Part shown: in pieces, positions 33,760-46,080 of the stretch
How the letters are laid out: each line of letters opens with the position of its first letter
Numbering within the stretch: position 1 is the first letter of the stretch
Origin: Squalus acanthias
Taxonomy: Eukaryota
NCBI GenBank assembly: GCA_030390025.1
Contig: CM059432.1
Location: 96,350,001-96,414,000, forward strand
Length of the DNA: 64,000 nt
Reading direction: 5' to 3'
Translations under genes and position numbers: made by a program
Notes under the pieces: model-generated
Told to the model about the DNA's origin: nothing
The model's input: the letters and a program-made list of their open reading frames with translations, nothing else
Databases searched by the model: none

Positions 33760-35990
33760 GCCTTGTGGAGACAAAGTCCTGTCTTCACATTGCGGACTCC
33801 CTCCATGGTGTGTGGCACTACCACCGTGCTAAGTGGGATAGATTCAGAACAGATCTAGCCGCTCAAAACTGGACGTCCATGAGGGGCTGTGGGCCATCAG
33901 CAGCAGCAGAATTGTATTCCACCACAATCTGTAACCTCATGGCCCAGCATATCCCTCACTCTACCATTACCATCAAGCCAGGGGACCAACCCTGGTTCAA
34001 TAAGGAGTGTAGAAGAGCATGCCAGGAGCAGCACCAGGCGTACCTAAAAATGAGGTGCCAACCTGGTGAAACAGCAACACGGGATTACATGCATGTGAAA
34101 CAGCAGAAGCAGCATGCTACAGACAGGGCTAAGCGATCCCACAATCAACGGATCAGATGAAAGCTCTGCAGTCCTGCCACAGCCAGTCGTGAATGGTGGT
34201 GGACCATTAAACAACTAATGGGAGGAGGCTACATGAAAATCCCCATCCTCAATGATGGTGGAGCCAAGCAAGTGAGTGCAAAAGACAAGGCTGAAGCATT
34301 TGCAACCATCTTCAGCCAGAAGTGCCGAGTGGATGATCCATCTCGGCCTCCTCCTGAGGTCCCCACCATCACAGAAGCCAGTCTTCAGCCAAGGCGATTC
34401 ACTCCACGTGATATCAAGAAATGGCTGAGCACACTGGATATAGCAAAGGCTATGGGCCCTGACAACACCACGGCTGTCATGCTGAGGACTTGTGTTCCAG
34501 AACTAGTCGCATCTCTAGCCAAGCTGTTCCAGTACAGCTACAACACTGGCATCTACCAGACAAAGTGAAAAATTGCCCAGGTATGTCCTGTCCACAAAAA
34601 GTAGGGCAAATCAATCGGGTCAATTAACGCCCCAGCACACAACTCTCAATCATCAGCAAAGTGATGGAAGAGGCCATCGACAGTGCTAGCAAACGGCACT
34701 TACTCACCAATAACCTGCTCACCAATACTCAGTTTGGGTTCTGCCAGGACCACTTGGCTCCAGACCTCATTACAGCCTTGGTCCGAACAGGGACAAAAGA
34801 ACTGAATTCCAGAGGTGAGGTGAGAGTGACTGCCCTTGACATCAAGGCAGCATTTGACCGAGTGTGGCATTAAGGAGCCCTAGTCAAATTGAAGTCAATG
34901 GGAATCAGGGGGAAAACTCTTCATTGACTGTAGTCATATCTAGTACAAAGGAAGATGGTTGTGGTTGTTGGCGGCCAATCATCCCAGCCCCAGGACATCG
35001 CTGCAGGAGTTCCTCAGAGCAGTGTCCTAAGCCCAACCTTCATCAATGACTTTCTCTCCATAATGTCAGAAGTGGGGATGTTCACTGGTGATTGCACAGT
35101 GTTCAGTTCCATTCGCAACTCCTCAGATAATGAAGCAGTCAGTGCCCGCATGCAGCAAGACCTGGACGACATTCAGGCTTGGGCTGATAAGTGGCAAGTA
35201 ACATTGGCATCACACAAGTGCCAGGCAATTACCATCTCGACAAGAGAGACTCTAACCACTTCCTCTTGACAGTCAATGTCATTACCATCGTCGAATCCCC
35301 CACCATCAACATCCTGGGGATCACCATTGACCAGAAACTTAACAGGACCAGCCACATAAATACTGTGGCTACAATAGCAGGTCAGAGGCTGGGTATTCAA
35401 TGGCGAGTGACTCACCTCCTGATTCCCCAAAGCCTTTCCACCATCTACAAGGCACAAGTCAGGAGTGTGATGGAATACTCTCCACTTGCCTGGATGAGTG
35501 CAGCTCCAACAACATTCAAGAAGCTCGACACTATCCAGGACAAAGCAGCCCGCTTGATTGGCACCCCATCCACCACCTTAAACATTCACTCACTCCACCA
35601 GCGGCGTACCATGGCTGCAGTGTGTACCATCTACAAGATGCACTGCAGCAACTCGCCAAGGCTTCTTCAACAGCTCCTCCCAAACCCGCGATCTCTACCA
35701 TCTAGAAGGACAAGGGCAGCAGGCGCATGGGAACACCATCACCTCCAAATTCCTCTCTAAGTCACACACCATCCTGACTTGGAAGTATATCTCCGATCCT
35801 TCATCGTCGCTGGGTCAAAATCCTGGCACTCCCTCCCTCCTCCCTAACAGCACTGTGGGAGTACCTTCACCTCACGGACTGCAGCGGTTCCAGAGGTGGC
35901 TCACCACCACCTTCTCAAGGGCAATTATGGATGGGTAATAAATGCTGGCCTTGCCAGCGACGCCCACATCCCAGGAATGTATAAAAACAA
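33760..35990 (+). mobile_element. CR1/jockey-group LINE, 5'-truncated, degenerate RT
   Basis: KPGDQPWF, AMGPD, ALDIKAAFD, GVPQSSVL, FTGD, YKAQVRSVMEY; conserved 3' tail; many stops. Confidence 0.88.
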
Positions 35991-36229
35991 AACCGCTCAA
36001 TAATCACGGGATTGGCTTCAGAAACTGGCTGACACGACTTGCAGAAAAATGTAAAAGGGCACTCACCTCCCTTAATACAGAATGTGATTTCCCTGCCTTT
36101 CAGATTAATGCATTCCAAAAGCATTTCAGAGCTTGTAAATTGCTTCTTTTTCATTTGTTCGCCTTATTCACCCTGACTCAGCATTTTCAGCTTCTTTATT
36201 GTGGATGGGCAAACAGATTGAAGAAGAGT

Positions 36230-36610
36230 ATCCACAGCAGCAGTTAGAACAAGCAGCAGCTGAGGCTGTTAGAGACGGCCTGCTCCACTATTTGTTCAAT
36301 CAACCTCTCCAAAGCATACGGACAGACATCTTTCTATCCATGTTGGAGGCCAAAGTCTGCATAGCAGCTGTTTGAGCTTTCACCAAAGCTGCAAAGCATA
36401 TGGACATCGAGTCCTTTTGTGAGGGCCTGGCTGCAGTGTTGCAGGATGTGGCCAAGGTAGACTGCAGAGTGCTGCTGCCATGCGATATGACACCATTCAG
36501 GCTCAAAGCGAACTCCTCCATACTACAGTCGTGGTGGTGAAACTCTTTGTCAGGCCTTCCAATACCTTGTACAACTGCTGTGTTGCACCACTAGTTGTTT
36601 GCAGTTCATT
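36230..36610 (-). pseudogene. Possible remnant of a Harbinger accessory-gene coiled-coil exon
   Basis: MEEFALSL...AQTAAMQTL resembles the exon-3 products at 15000-15668 and 52342-52635. Confidence 0.35.
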
Positions 36611-36619
36611 ACTGAAGTG

Positions 36620-37040
36620 CAAGGATGTTATGAGGAGGGCCTTGAGATCTTGGGCCTATTTCCACTGGTACAGAGAAGGCTAAGAGGAGATTTAATAGAG
36701 GGTTATAAAATTAAGCATTATTTTGATAGGGTGAATTGGGAAAGCCTATTTCCTTTGGTTTGGAGTCAGTGGCAAGAGGGTCAGCAACTTAAAATTGCCA
36801 CTTAGAGAATGAGGAGAGAGGTTAGGAGAAATGTCTTTACACAGAAGGTTGTTGGAGCAAGGAATGCTTTGCTACAGGGAATGTTTGAAGCAAAAAGTAG
36901 ATGGACATTTGAAGCAGGGGAAGATACAGAGCTATAGAAAGAGAGCGGGACAGTGGGATTCATTTTAGATCACTGTAGCAAAGAGCCAGCAGAGACGTGA
37001 CAGATAGAATGGCCTCCTTCTAAGCTGTGAACCACTATGT
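36620..37040 (+). mobile_element. Old CR1 3' fragment
   Basis: LGLFPLVQRRLRGDLIE remnant; aatggcctcctt 3' UTR motif. Confidence 0.75.
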
Positions 37041-37462
37041 TTGTTGGAAAAACAAATCAGCAATTTTTTTCATTCGTATCTTTGACTTTCTAGATCTGTT
37101 GCACCAGAACATATGCCAGAAATCTCCTCGGAGCTGCTCCCGCTCTGCTGCTGTAACTTTGCCGGAAGTGTGGCAGAGACTCTGGGCTGGATTTTGTCAG
37201 TGTGGGCGGGCTGAGCGTGTCAGGTGGAAATCGTGTCAGGACCCTGACTCCTAAGTGATGTGTTGAAAAAGTGAGATTTTCCCCTAATTGGGCAATTGAT
37301 TTCCTGCATGTGGGAACACCTGGCCCAATGAGTCTTTTCATACAGAAAGTTGCCTCCGATGATGTCATCAATGCTGCTGGATTTAAGGCCTGCAAGCAGC
37401 CTTGCTTCCTCTGGAGACTGCAAAGGCTCTGCAAATTGTATGAAGGTGTTGATTTCCCGACA

Positions 37463-39414
37463 ATGTCAACGATCAAGCAAAAGTGTGCACCTTGGTTTGA
37501 TGAGCCCTTCCTCCAAGCTCTGGTGCACGGAGCCAGATGTAATAAGGAGGTGCTGTTCCCTTCCTCGGGGAGAAAAAAGCCACCCCGGCAGACACAAGCT
37601 GTGTGGCTGCAAGTGGCCGAGGAGGTCAACTCCATTTCAATGAGCCGCAGAACCTGGCTGCAATGCAGGAAGAGGTTTCATGACCTTCTCCGCACAGGAA
37701 AAGTGAGTATGACTTTCCCATCACCCTCAATATGATCCCCATCGCCTCTCCTCACCAGCACTCTGCTTTGCCAACCTCTTCCTCCACATCCCACTTGACA
37801 CTTACATGCCTGCACCCTTACCCATTCCCTCTCTCTCTATGGTCACATTCACTTAACTATTCGACCATGCAATCACACTCCCTATCACTGTGATGCCATG
37901 ACAACAACAACTTGCAACACACAGGGATGGTCCTTTGTCTCCTTCTAAGCATCTATGCTATGGATTCTCTACACTCACTCCTTCATTCTCACTCAAACTC
38001 CACTTGTGTCCCTCATTGCAGGAAAAGAGAGCCCACAATAAGAGAGAAAGAGCCATGACAGGAGGAGGGCCACCCTCAGTAGCCCAGCTCACCCCCTGGG
38101 AGGAGGCAGCCCTGGAAATTGCTGGGATCGAGGACGATTGCCAAGTGGGGGATGGACAGACGGGCGCATCACAGCAAGCTGGTGACAGAATAGTTTGGCA
38201 TCTCTCTCATTGACATTGCATGAGTTACTGATAATGATACTGATGCTCTAACAGATTGACTTATGATCATCTGCACTATTCAATGTGCATGTAACCTTGC
38301 CCTCACATCTCTAACTCTTTCCTTTACTCCCCCACAGGACCATCGAAAGCCCCTGTCCCCACTGTCCAGGAGGAAGAGCCTGAGCTTCCAGACTCCTCAG
38401 AGGAAGCTGCAACCTCTGAGGGCGCAACGTCAGCAAAATTTATCGCACCCAGCACCAGCGCAGACACTCACACCTCGGTGGGACCTTCGCGAGATAGAGT
38501 AGTGTTGGCACCTGGTGTATCACAGCTCACAAGTGAGCATCAGCAGATTGTGGAGACAGGGTCAGCAGTGGAGAGTCCTCGTTGGAGGGCACATGACTCT
38601 GCCAGCTCGGCTCAGCTGCTTGTCGACCCTGTGCCTCCAGGTCCATCCAGAATGAGAGCGGTGCTGGAACTCCAGGAGTCTCTGGCAGGTTTTGTCTCCA
38701 GGGTCGCTGCGAGTGTGGAGTGAATGGAGAAGTCCATCGCGAACATGAGCAGAGCCTTTGTGGAGGCATTGGCGCATGAACGCATCACCGTGGAAAGGAT
38801 GGCAACCTCCGTGGAAAGGATGGCTACTGTAGAGGAGAGGATGGCTACTGTAGAGGAGAGGATGGCTATGGCCATGGAGGAGCTTAGTCGCCAGGGTATG
38901 GAAAACATGGTAATTGTTCAGACTAGAATGGCATCTCTTGAGGAGTGATGGTCAGCTATTGAGCATACAAACCAGACCTTCATGGAAGTCCTCTGGAGTA
39001 GGACTTCCAGTGCAGAACCAGGGTCCTCATGGCCCCACTGAAGTGCAGCAAGGTGCTGTCAAGCCACTTTCTAGCTCTGAAGTGGGGCTGACCCATGAGA
39101 GGGTTGTTTGTGGCAGAGAACAAGGAAGTGGGGGCTCCTCTCCAAGCGCTCACATGACCATGCCACTGCAGAGCCCTCGGTCAGAGCCCCACCAGAGTCC
39201 TCACCCAACTGAGATTGTCGTCTCAGCCCCTGCACAGCAGCAGGAGCAGCAGACTGTTGCCGAGCCCTCACAGGCTCGCAACCCCAGAGGACGCCCGCCA
39301 AAGGCGTCGAGACAGGAACAGCAAGAAAGTGAGCAAGGGGCCTCCACATCTGCTGAAGCCACAGGGGAAGCACCACATAGGAGCACGCGTAAGAGGAAGA
39401 TAAAGCACAAGTAG
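37463..39414 (+). pseudogene. Myb/SANT-like gene; exons 37463-37702, 38022-38181, 38338-39414
   Basis: APWFDE..LQALV...WLQVAEEVNS..RTWLQCRKRFHDL | EKRAHNKRERAMTGGG; phase-compatible GT/AG introns; TGA at 38721 and 38946; one frameshift; basic C-terminus RKRK. Confidence 0.85.
38790..38875 (+). repeat. 21-bp tandem repeat encoding heptads (VERMATS/EERMATV)
   Basis: Four units of g(t/a)gga(a/g)aggatggc(a/t)a...... Confidence 0.85.
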
Positions 39415-41614
39415 TCACAAGGGTAGTCACTTGGGTGCTGTGATGTAATGTTTTTGGACCAGCCATCATTGTCATTGTATTATAAACAGATTTGATGGCA
39501 AACTGTTGAAGTTGTGGCCGGTGTCATTTCGCAAATGGGACTCTCACATTGAGGGCTTAGGGCGCCTTGCAATTGTCAGTATGGTGGTCAGAGTGATAGG
39601 AATCCACAGGTTCTTGTCCATTGTGGATGCTCTGGTAAGAAGGTGTGAGACAAAAGTGTTTGATTGTGTAGGCTCACCAAATCTGGCCAAGATGAGTGCG
39701 TCCCTTGCATCCCGGGCAGCAATATGGTCGCGCGCTGGCGCCTTCTGGCCTGTGCAGCTTCAGGTGGGTGACTAGCAGCTTGGCGCTCCTGTTGATGCTC
39801 CTGCTGTTGGTGTTGCTGTTGTTGTTCATGGTTCTGCTGCTGCCACGGCTGGTCTGCGTCCGAATCTGATGTCCAGGAGGAAAGGAATTAAATGGTCGCC
39901 ATGCTCCTGGTATATGCCTCAGTTGAGGAAGCGCTCAGTCAAGGTGGGGAGAGGGGTTTCCCAGGAGGTCACATTGGAGATGGTTGTCAGGCTCCAAACT
40001 TCCACAACAATGAGTAGGCCTACTAAAAGCTCGCCCAGACCTGAGACAACAAAGTTCTGCCACCTGCAAATGATCATCAGTGAAAACTCCTTTTTAATGG
40101 TGAAGCTGCAGCTGTTATTAAGCAATCCAATTGTGAGGCCGCCAGGATTACCTGCCGTGTTCCAGACGAGGCGTGAAGGATGGGGGAAATGTCTAAAAAT
40201 CGGAAAGGCCTCTCAAAATGGGATAATAGAGGCAATTAAGGGGCTGTTAAGGGCCTTAAGGGCCTATCCCGCCTCTTGGAGGCGGGATGGACAGAGGGTC
40301 AGAAAACACGCATTTGGGAAAATTGCTCGGAGGCGGGATGGAGGTAGGATCTAGCCCGCCCGCCATTTTTGCGATTTTACCACCTCACACGCCTCCAAAC
40401 CCGCCTCCTCGTGCTTGGCAAAATCGAGCCCACTGTTTATGTGCGGAAACGGGGTTTCTGCCGTACTTTCGGTGAAGTTAGAGGGGAAGCGGGAGCAACT
40501 CCAAGGAAATTCCTGAACATAGTCTCCAACGGTGTGATATTTACCTGTGTAGAGAGTAGTAGAATTACAGTTTTACCGACAACACTGGACAAAATGTGAA
40601 TCTTGCTCTTAGCAGGAAATAACATTTTTATATGTTCATGTCTCTAGGATGGATCATTATGCTCTTTCAGCCACCTTCTTAAATTGAGCCTAGGGAATGT
40701 TATAATAGGAAATCTCCTTGGTTGATTGATGCTATGACAGATTATGTGCTGTAATAAACTGTGTGTATAGTATGTAGCTTACTGTGTTAACTCTTCTGGA
40801 AAAAAAAAAGTTAGTTATTTCCTTCAGTGAGAAAATATTCTGGCTAATTAGCACTCTGAAATCTGTTAGTCAAGGTGATTAATTAAGTGACTTAATATAG
40901 ATATAATTATTGAAGGAATGCGTAAGACACTCACATAATTGAACTGCGACAATATATTGGACAATTCTGAACCTGGATTATGTAAAGCCTAATTTAGTTG
41001 ATCTAGGAGTTTCAGTTTAGCAAACTAACAGAATTGCTAGAAATGTTGAGACTAGAGTTGCTGTGTTTCTGAATTGATAGGTGGAGAGCAAAATCACTGT
41101 TTAGAAAAGCTTGTGATACAGACCTCATTCCTTTTCTTTGGATCTCCTGAATTAAATCCACAGCCTTTCCTCTGCAACTCTGCTTAAAATCTTAATTAAA
41201 CAAACAGCTAGCATTCATTTCATTTTAGAAAGAAGGAGCATAGAAGATACATGTTGCATTAAAGCGGGTTTCACAGGATTTAGAAAGTTGTGTTACAAAC
41301 AGCACCATAGTTATAAATGCAAGGTAAGTTTTACAAGAATGGAGAACAAGCATAAATAGTAATCAATCCAGAACTACCCCATCCCTACTATAAGGTTCAT
41401 ATCTGTTATAAATTGTGAACTTTACCTGTTACATTTTATGCAATATTACTGGATATTCACTATATGGTACTATACATCTTATTGTAACACGCTTAAACTA
41501 ACATGCTCCCACATGAGGACCATGCTATAATAAAAATGACATTAATAAAGTTTAAATTCTATTAGTTAGCTTTTTAAATAGCATGCTTATTTTTCTATTA
41601 GAATCCTATATTAA

Positions 41615-41830
41615 AAAAAAAAGAATTTGCATTTATATAATGACTTTCATGACCTCAGAATGTCCCAAAATGCTTGACAGCCAATGAAGTACTCTTGAAT
41701 TGTAATCACTGTTGTAATGTCAGGAGAACGCCCCTGCTGTGTTTCAAGTAGTGCTGTGGGATTTTTAAGTCGACCCGAGAGGGCAGACCAGCATCAGTTT
41801 AATGTCTGATCCAAAAGAGGGATGCAGTAT
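41615..41830 (-). mobile_element. Internally deleted Deu-SINE
   Basis: Reverse complement of the SINE tail (cttgcatttatata..ctttcatgacctcag) and part of the Deu core. Confidence 0.6.
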
Positions 41831-42511
41831 TACACACACAACTTTTTATCTGATGTAGCATTGAAAACCTTTTCAATTAAATAATTCCTTGGATCATTTC
41901 TTTGCCACCCACTTCTAATTAAAAATCATTCAGCTTCCCCTGAGCAAGGATTTTCAAGGTGAGACATGCCTATGAATTGCATTTGTCCATTCTGTAGCTT
42001 GAGGAAGATGAAAAGGTAGGAAATTGGCTCTAAAATAATTGTTTCCCAAACTTTATGTTATTGCTCAGCACCAACCCGAGACTCTACACTGTTTCAGTTC
42101 AAATATCTTCAAGAGAACTACATGGAGTCCAGATTCGATATCTCTCTTTGGCAGTTTTGATTTTCGTGCAGTTATTTACTTAAAAAGTTATAAGCCCTAT
42201 GTTACAATTTTTCTTGTTTCAAGTTACTGCAAAAATGTAGTCAAATGCATACAACAACATTAATATAGTGTACTGTTTGCAGCATGTGACAGTTATTTTG
42301 AGAGTCCCTTATAAAAAGTGATATTCCCAATGACTGTGTGACCTTGCTTCAGCAAATCCCCTTGGTCAGCCACCTCCACTAACTGTGTGTCATTTCCTTT
42401 TTAGACATTAATAACTCATAATATTGCCATGTTATGCAGGACTCGGGGTCCAATGGAGAAAACCTATTACAGGAACAAGTCAGAATACAGCCCAAGAAGA
42501 GCTAAGGTGTA

Positions 42512-42941
42512 AGTCAGTAGTAATAGAGTCAGAAGGTTGTGGGTTCAAGTCAGTGACTTGAGCACATAATCTCGGCAGACACCTCCGTGCAGTACTGAGG
42601 AAGTGATGCACTGTTGGAGGTGCTGTCTTTAAGCTGAGATGTTAAACTGAGGCCGAGCCAGCTCTCTCAGTTGGATGTAAAAGATCTCACGGTACTATTT
42701 GAAGAAGAGCAGGGGAGTTCTCCTGGTGTCCTGGCCAAGATTTATCTCTTAACCAACACCTTAACAACAGATTATCTAGTTATTTATTTAAACTATTCGT
42801 GGGAGTTCGCTGTACATACTTTGGCTGCCATGTTTCCCACATTACAACAGTGACTATACTTCAAAAGTACTTAATTGGATATAAAGCACTTTGGGATCCT
42901 GAGGTCATGAAAGGTGCTATATACATGCAAGTCTTTTTTTT
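42512..42941 (+). mobile_element. Deu-domain SINE (SacSINE1-like)
   Basis: Colinear with 14360-14760: gggttcaagtc, gatgtaaaagatc..tttgaagaagagcaggggag, tail gaaaggtgctatatacatgcaagtc + T run. Confidence 0.85.
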
Positions 42942-43180
42942 AAAGAATACTTTACTTCCTAATAAACTTTATCAGTTGAGTCTTATTACCTGAATTCAAG
43001 TCAATGAATAATTGAAGTGATACGTGTTGGATCTTAAAACTTTTTCCATAAGAACTGTAACTATACTAAGTCTAAGCAAGTACTCTTGACAGTGTAGCAG
43101 TAGTGAAACTTTTTTGGAATACTTTGTCCAGTTCTGGCCACCATGCAAAGATAACTGGGCAGAATGGCCTATTCTCAGAC

Positions 43181-43320
43181 CCTGGGAAATTCCTTGGAGC
43201 TACTCCCGCTTTGCAGACGTTACTTCACTGGAAGTGCAGTGTAATACACCGGGTTTCCTCAGCACTTCCAGTGAAGTAACACTGGTGGTGTGTAAGCAGC
43301 TCTGGGGAATTTTCCGCCCC
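43181..43320. mobile_element. Palindromic MITE, related to the split MITE at 37112/40521
   Basis: ggaaattccttggagct..gttacttcactggaagtgc / gcacttccagtgaagtaac..agctctggggaattttcc. Confidence 0.7.
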
Positions 43321-43380
43321 TAATTATTTTAGGGCAAATTCAGGGAGGCTGTGCTCTGAGTGGAGCCTAGCTAGATGGAG

Positions 43381-43559
43381 GAGGTCATTTTCACCTTCAC
43401 CGCCTGGGCAGTAATCTGGGGAGCAATTCGCCTGCACGTTGTAGAAGCCACCTAATTTTCATCAAATCAATGGGATGAAAAATCGAGGTGACTTCTACAA
43501 CAGACGGGCGATCCCCTCCGCCTGATTACTGCCCAGGTGGCGAAGGTGAAAATTACCCC
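43381..43559. mobile_element. Palindromic MITE (long hairpin)
   Basis: attttcaccttc..cctgggcagtaatc..gttgtagaagccacct / aggtgacttctacaac..gattactgcccagg..gaaggtgaaaat. Confidence 0.75.
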
Positions 43560-44524
43560 AGAATCTAAATCGGAGATTGGGGCTGTAACACTAGCCCCAA
43601 TTCTCAATCCACAATCCCCATCTACCATAGCTCCACTCCAAGACCATAGCCTCTCTGAATTTGCCCTTTTATGTACAAATGAGAAATGCGCATGAAACAT
43701 ATTTGCTGTGATGTGGAAATCTATACTTGAAATACATATTTCTTACAGGCATTCGTACCATCATTTCATAGCAAATTGGTTTGGCCAGACTTAGTTCAGT
43801 TCTGACTTTTTTGCATTTCACCAAAGCGTCTTCAAATAGCAGATTTAAACCCTACAGAATTAATTTCCCCTGTGTGTTCATATTAAATTCCTGCCTGCAC
43901 TATTTTAATACAGTTATTAACCTGTTTATTTTAAATGGGCTAAAAACTGTATTAAAATAGGGCAGGTATGGATTTAACACAAACACATTAACCATTGTGC
44001 TAAAGATAGTACACAAAAGAAATTAAATAGCCAGGAGTATGCATAACAAATGCGATTTGATTTTGGTGCAGTTTGGATGTAGGACCACTTATCTTGAATA
44101 TCTGACCAATGAACGCTGCAGAGTTTCAGGTTGAATGTAAGTGAACGTCTGCAGTTTCCACCTGAACGAATACAGTATTTTCTGCAGCTTTCCTAAAATA
44201 GAACAGACCTTTGAAAGGGTAATACATCCGAGAATAATGAACTGTTTCTATCTTTCCATGTTGACCGTGAATGACAAGGTCTACCTGTGTTATTCTACAA
44301 GGTGCTAATACACTTGAAAAAGTGGGTCAAGTGCACCTTCAAAAGTATAACAAATGGATTAAGTAGAGGAATGTATTCAGCTGCAGAATTCCTCTGGCTT
44401 TAATGTTGTGATGTAACTGTATACTGGAGACTTCTAGCTGAGGCAACATTAAATAAAATCAGCATCTGGGTCAAATACATCCTTTTCATTTAAACTGATG
44501 CTGCTAGTTGATGCACCAAGTGCA

Positions 44525-45749
44525 AGGAATGCGATGGACACCTACAGACGCTGAAAGACGCCCTCGTAAGAACAGGATATGATGCTCGACTTGTCGATCG
44601 ACAGTTCCGACGGGCCACAGCGAAAAATCGCATAGACCTCCTCAGAAGACAAACACGGGACACAACCAACAGAGTATCCTACGTCGTCCAGTACTTCCCC
44701 GGATGGAGAAACTACGCCATGTTCTTCGCAGCCTTCAACATGTCATCGATGACGACGAACACCTCGCTAAGGCCATCCCCACGTCTCCACTACTTGCCTT
44801 CAAACAGCCGCCTAACCTCAAACAGACCATCGTTCACAGCAAATTACCCAACTTTCAGGAGAACAGCGACCACGACACTACACAACCCTGCCACGGCAAC
44901 CTCTGCAAGACATGCCAGATCATCAACACAGTGAGGACACCACCCACCAGGTACATGGTACATACGCATATGACTCGGCCAACATTGTCTACCTCATACG
45001 TTGCAGGAAAGGATGCCCCGGAGCATGGTACATTGGCGAGACCATGCAGACACTGCGACAACGTATGAACGGACACCACGCAACAATCGCCAGGCAGGAG
45101 TGTTCCTTCCCAGTCGGGGAACACTTCAGCAGTCAAGGACATTCAGCCTCCGATCTTCGGGTAAGCGTTCTCCAAGGCGGCCTTCGAGACTCACGACAAT
45201 GCAAAATTGTCGAGCAGAAACTGATAGCCAAGTTCCGCACCCATGAGGACGGCCTCAACCGGGATCTTGGGTTCATGTCATGCTACATGTAACCCCACCT
45301 GACGTAGAGTCATCCAGACTCGAGTCGTCGTTGGCTTGTTCTCTCTACACAGATGCGGCTGGACCTGCTGTGATTTCCAGCAAAAAAAGTTTTTTGTTTT
45401 CCATACAGACTCCAGCATCTGCCACATTTGACCCCTTGTGACCCCACCTCATTGTCTTTGATGTAATGTTTTCCTGACTGACCTGTTTGGACACCATCCA
45501 CACCTTTGATTGCTGTGATTATCTCTCTGCCGAGGCGTGATGAAGGGCTGTTAGAAAGATTAACTGTAATCATCTGGCAGTGTTCTCTGACTATATATGC
45601 TGTGCCTATATGCATCTCTTCACTTCACCTGACGAAGGAGCAGCGCTCCGAAAGCTTGTGATTTCAAATAAAGCTGTTGGACTATAACCTGGTGTTGTGC
45701 GACTTCTCACATTTGTCCACCCCAGTCCAACACCGGCATCTCCACATCA
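44525..45749 (+). mobile_element. Penelope family B, 5'-truncated (RT thumb/linker, GIY-YIG, complete pLTR end)
   Basis: CHGNLCKTC; IVYLIRCRKGCPGAWYIGET..RMNGH..GLNRD; frameshifted; colinear with 5825-6492. Confidence 0.9.
45625..45661 (+). ncRNA. Minimal hammerhead ribozyme in the Penelope-B pLTR
   Basis: tcac CTGACGA a ggagc agc gctcc GAAA GC TT gtga; perfect stems I and II. Confidence 0.75.
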
Positions 45750-45757
45750 AGAAACTT

Positions 45758-45882
45758 CAGGTCATCAACCTGAAACGTTAACTTTGTTTCTCTCTCCACA
45801 GATGCTGCCTGACCTGCTGAGTATTTCCAGCATTTTCTGTTTTTATTTCAGATTTCCAGCATCTGCAGTATTTTGCTTTTTT
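45758..45882 (+). mobile_element. Penelope-A pLTR 3' half
   Basis: aggtc..acctgaaacgttaact..tctctccacagatgctgcctg..cagtattttgct matches the reverse complement of 1442-1560. Confidence 0.8.
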
Positions 45883-46080
45883 ATAAGTAGCATTTTATTC
45901 TTTTGGTACTGGCTGTCCATTCTTGATAGGATTTCACACTCAAATCTCTATAGGCTGTTGCCTAGATTCACTATTGTAGCTTTCTACATTTAGGGTTGGT
46001 TAGTGCAATGCTACTTCCATCTTCCACCTGCCAGGACAGTTTGTTCTATGAAGAGGTAAGAATGGTATATGAAAATAGAG

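Larger units (their letters stand above)
37184..40431. mobile_element. Harbinger derivative with Myb/SANT gene and internally deleted transposase
   Basis: TIR GGGCTGGATTTTG / CAAAATCGAGCCC (12/13); TSD tct/act; sits inside a palindromic MITE (37112-37183 + 40432-40521). Confidence 0.88.

Noticed and set aside
38790..38875. CRISPR-like array
   Set aside because: Contiguous coding tandem repeat without spacers; no cas genes; eukaryotic context.
40437..40625. Minus-strand exon with a good-looking acceptor
   Set aside because: Runs directly into the palindromic MITE arm.
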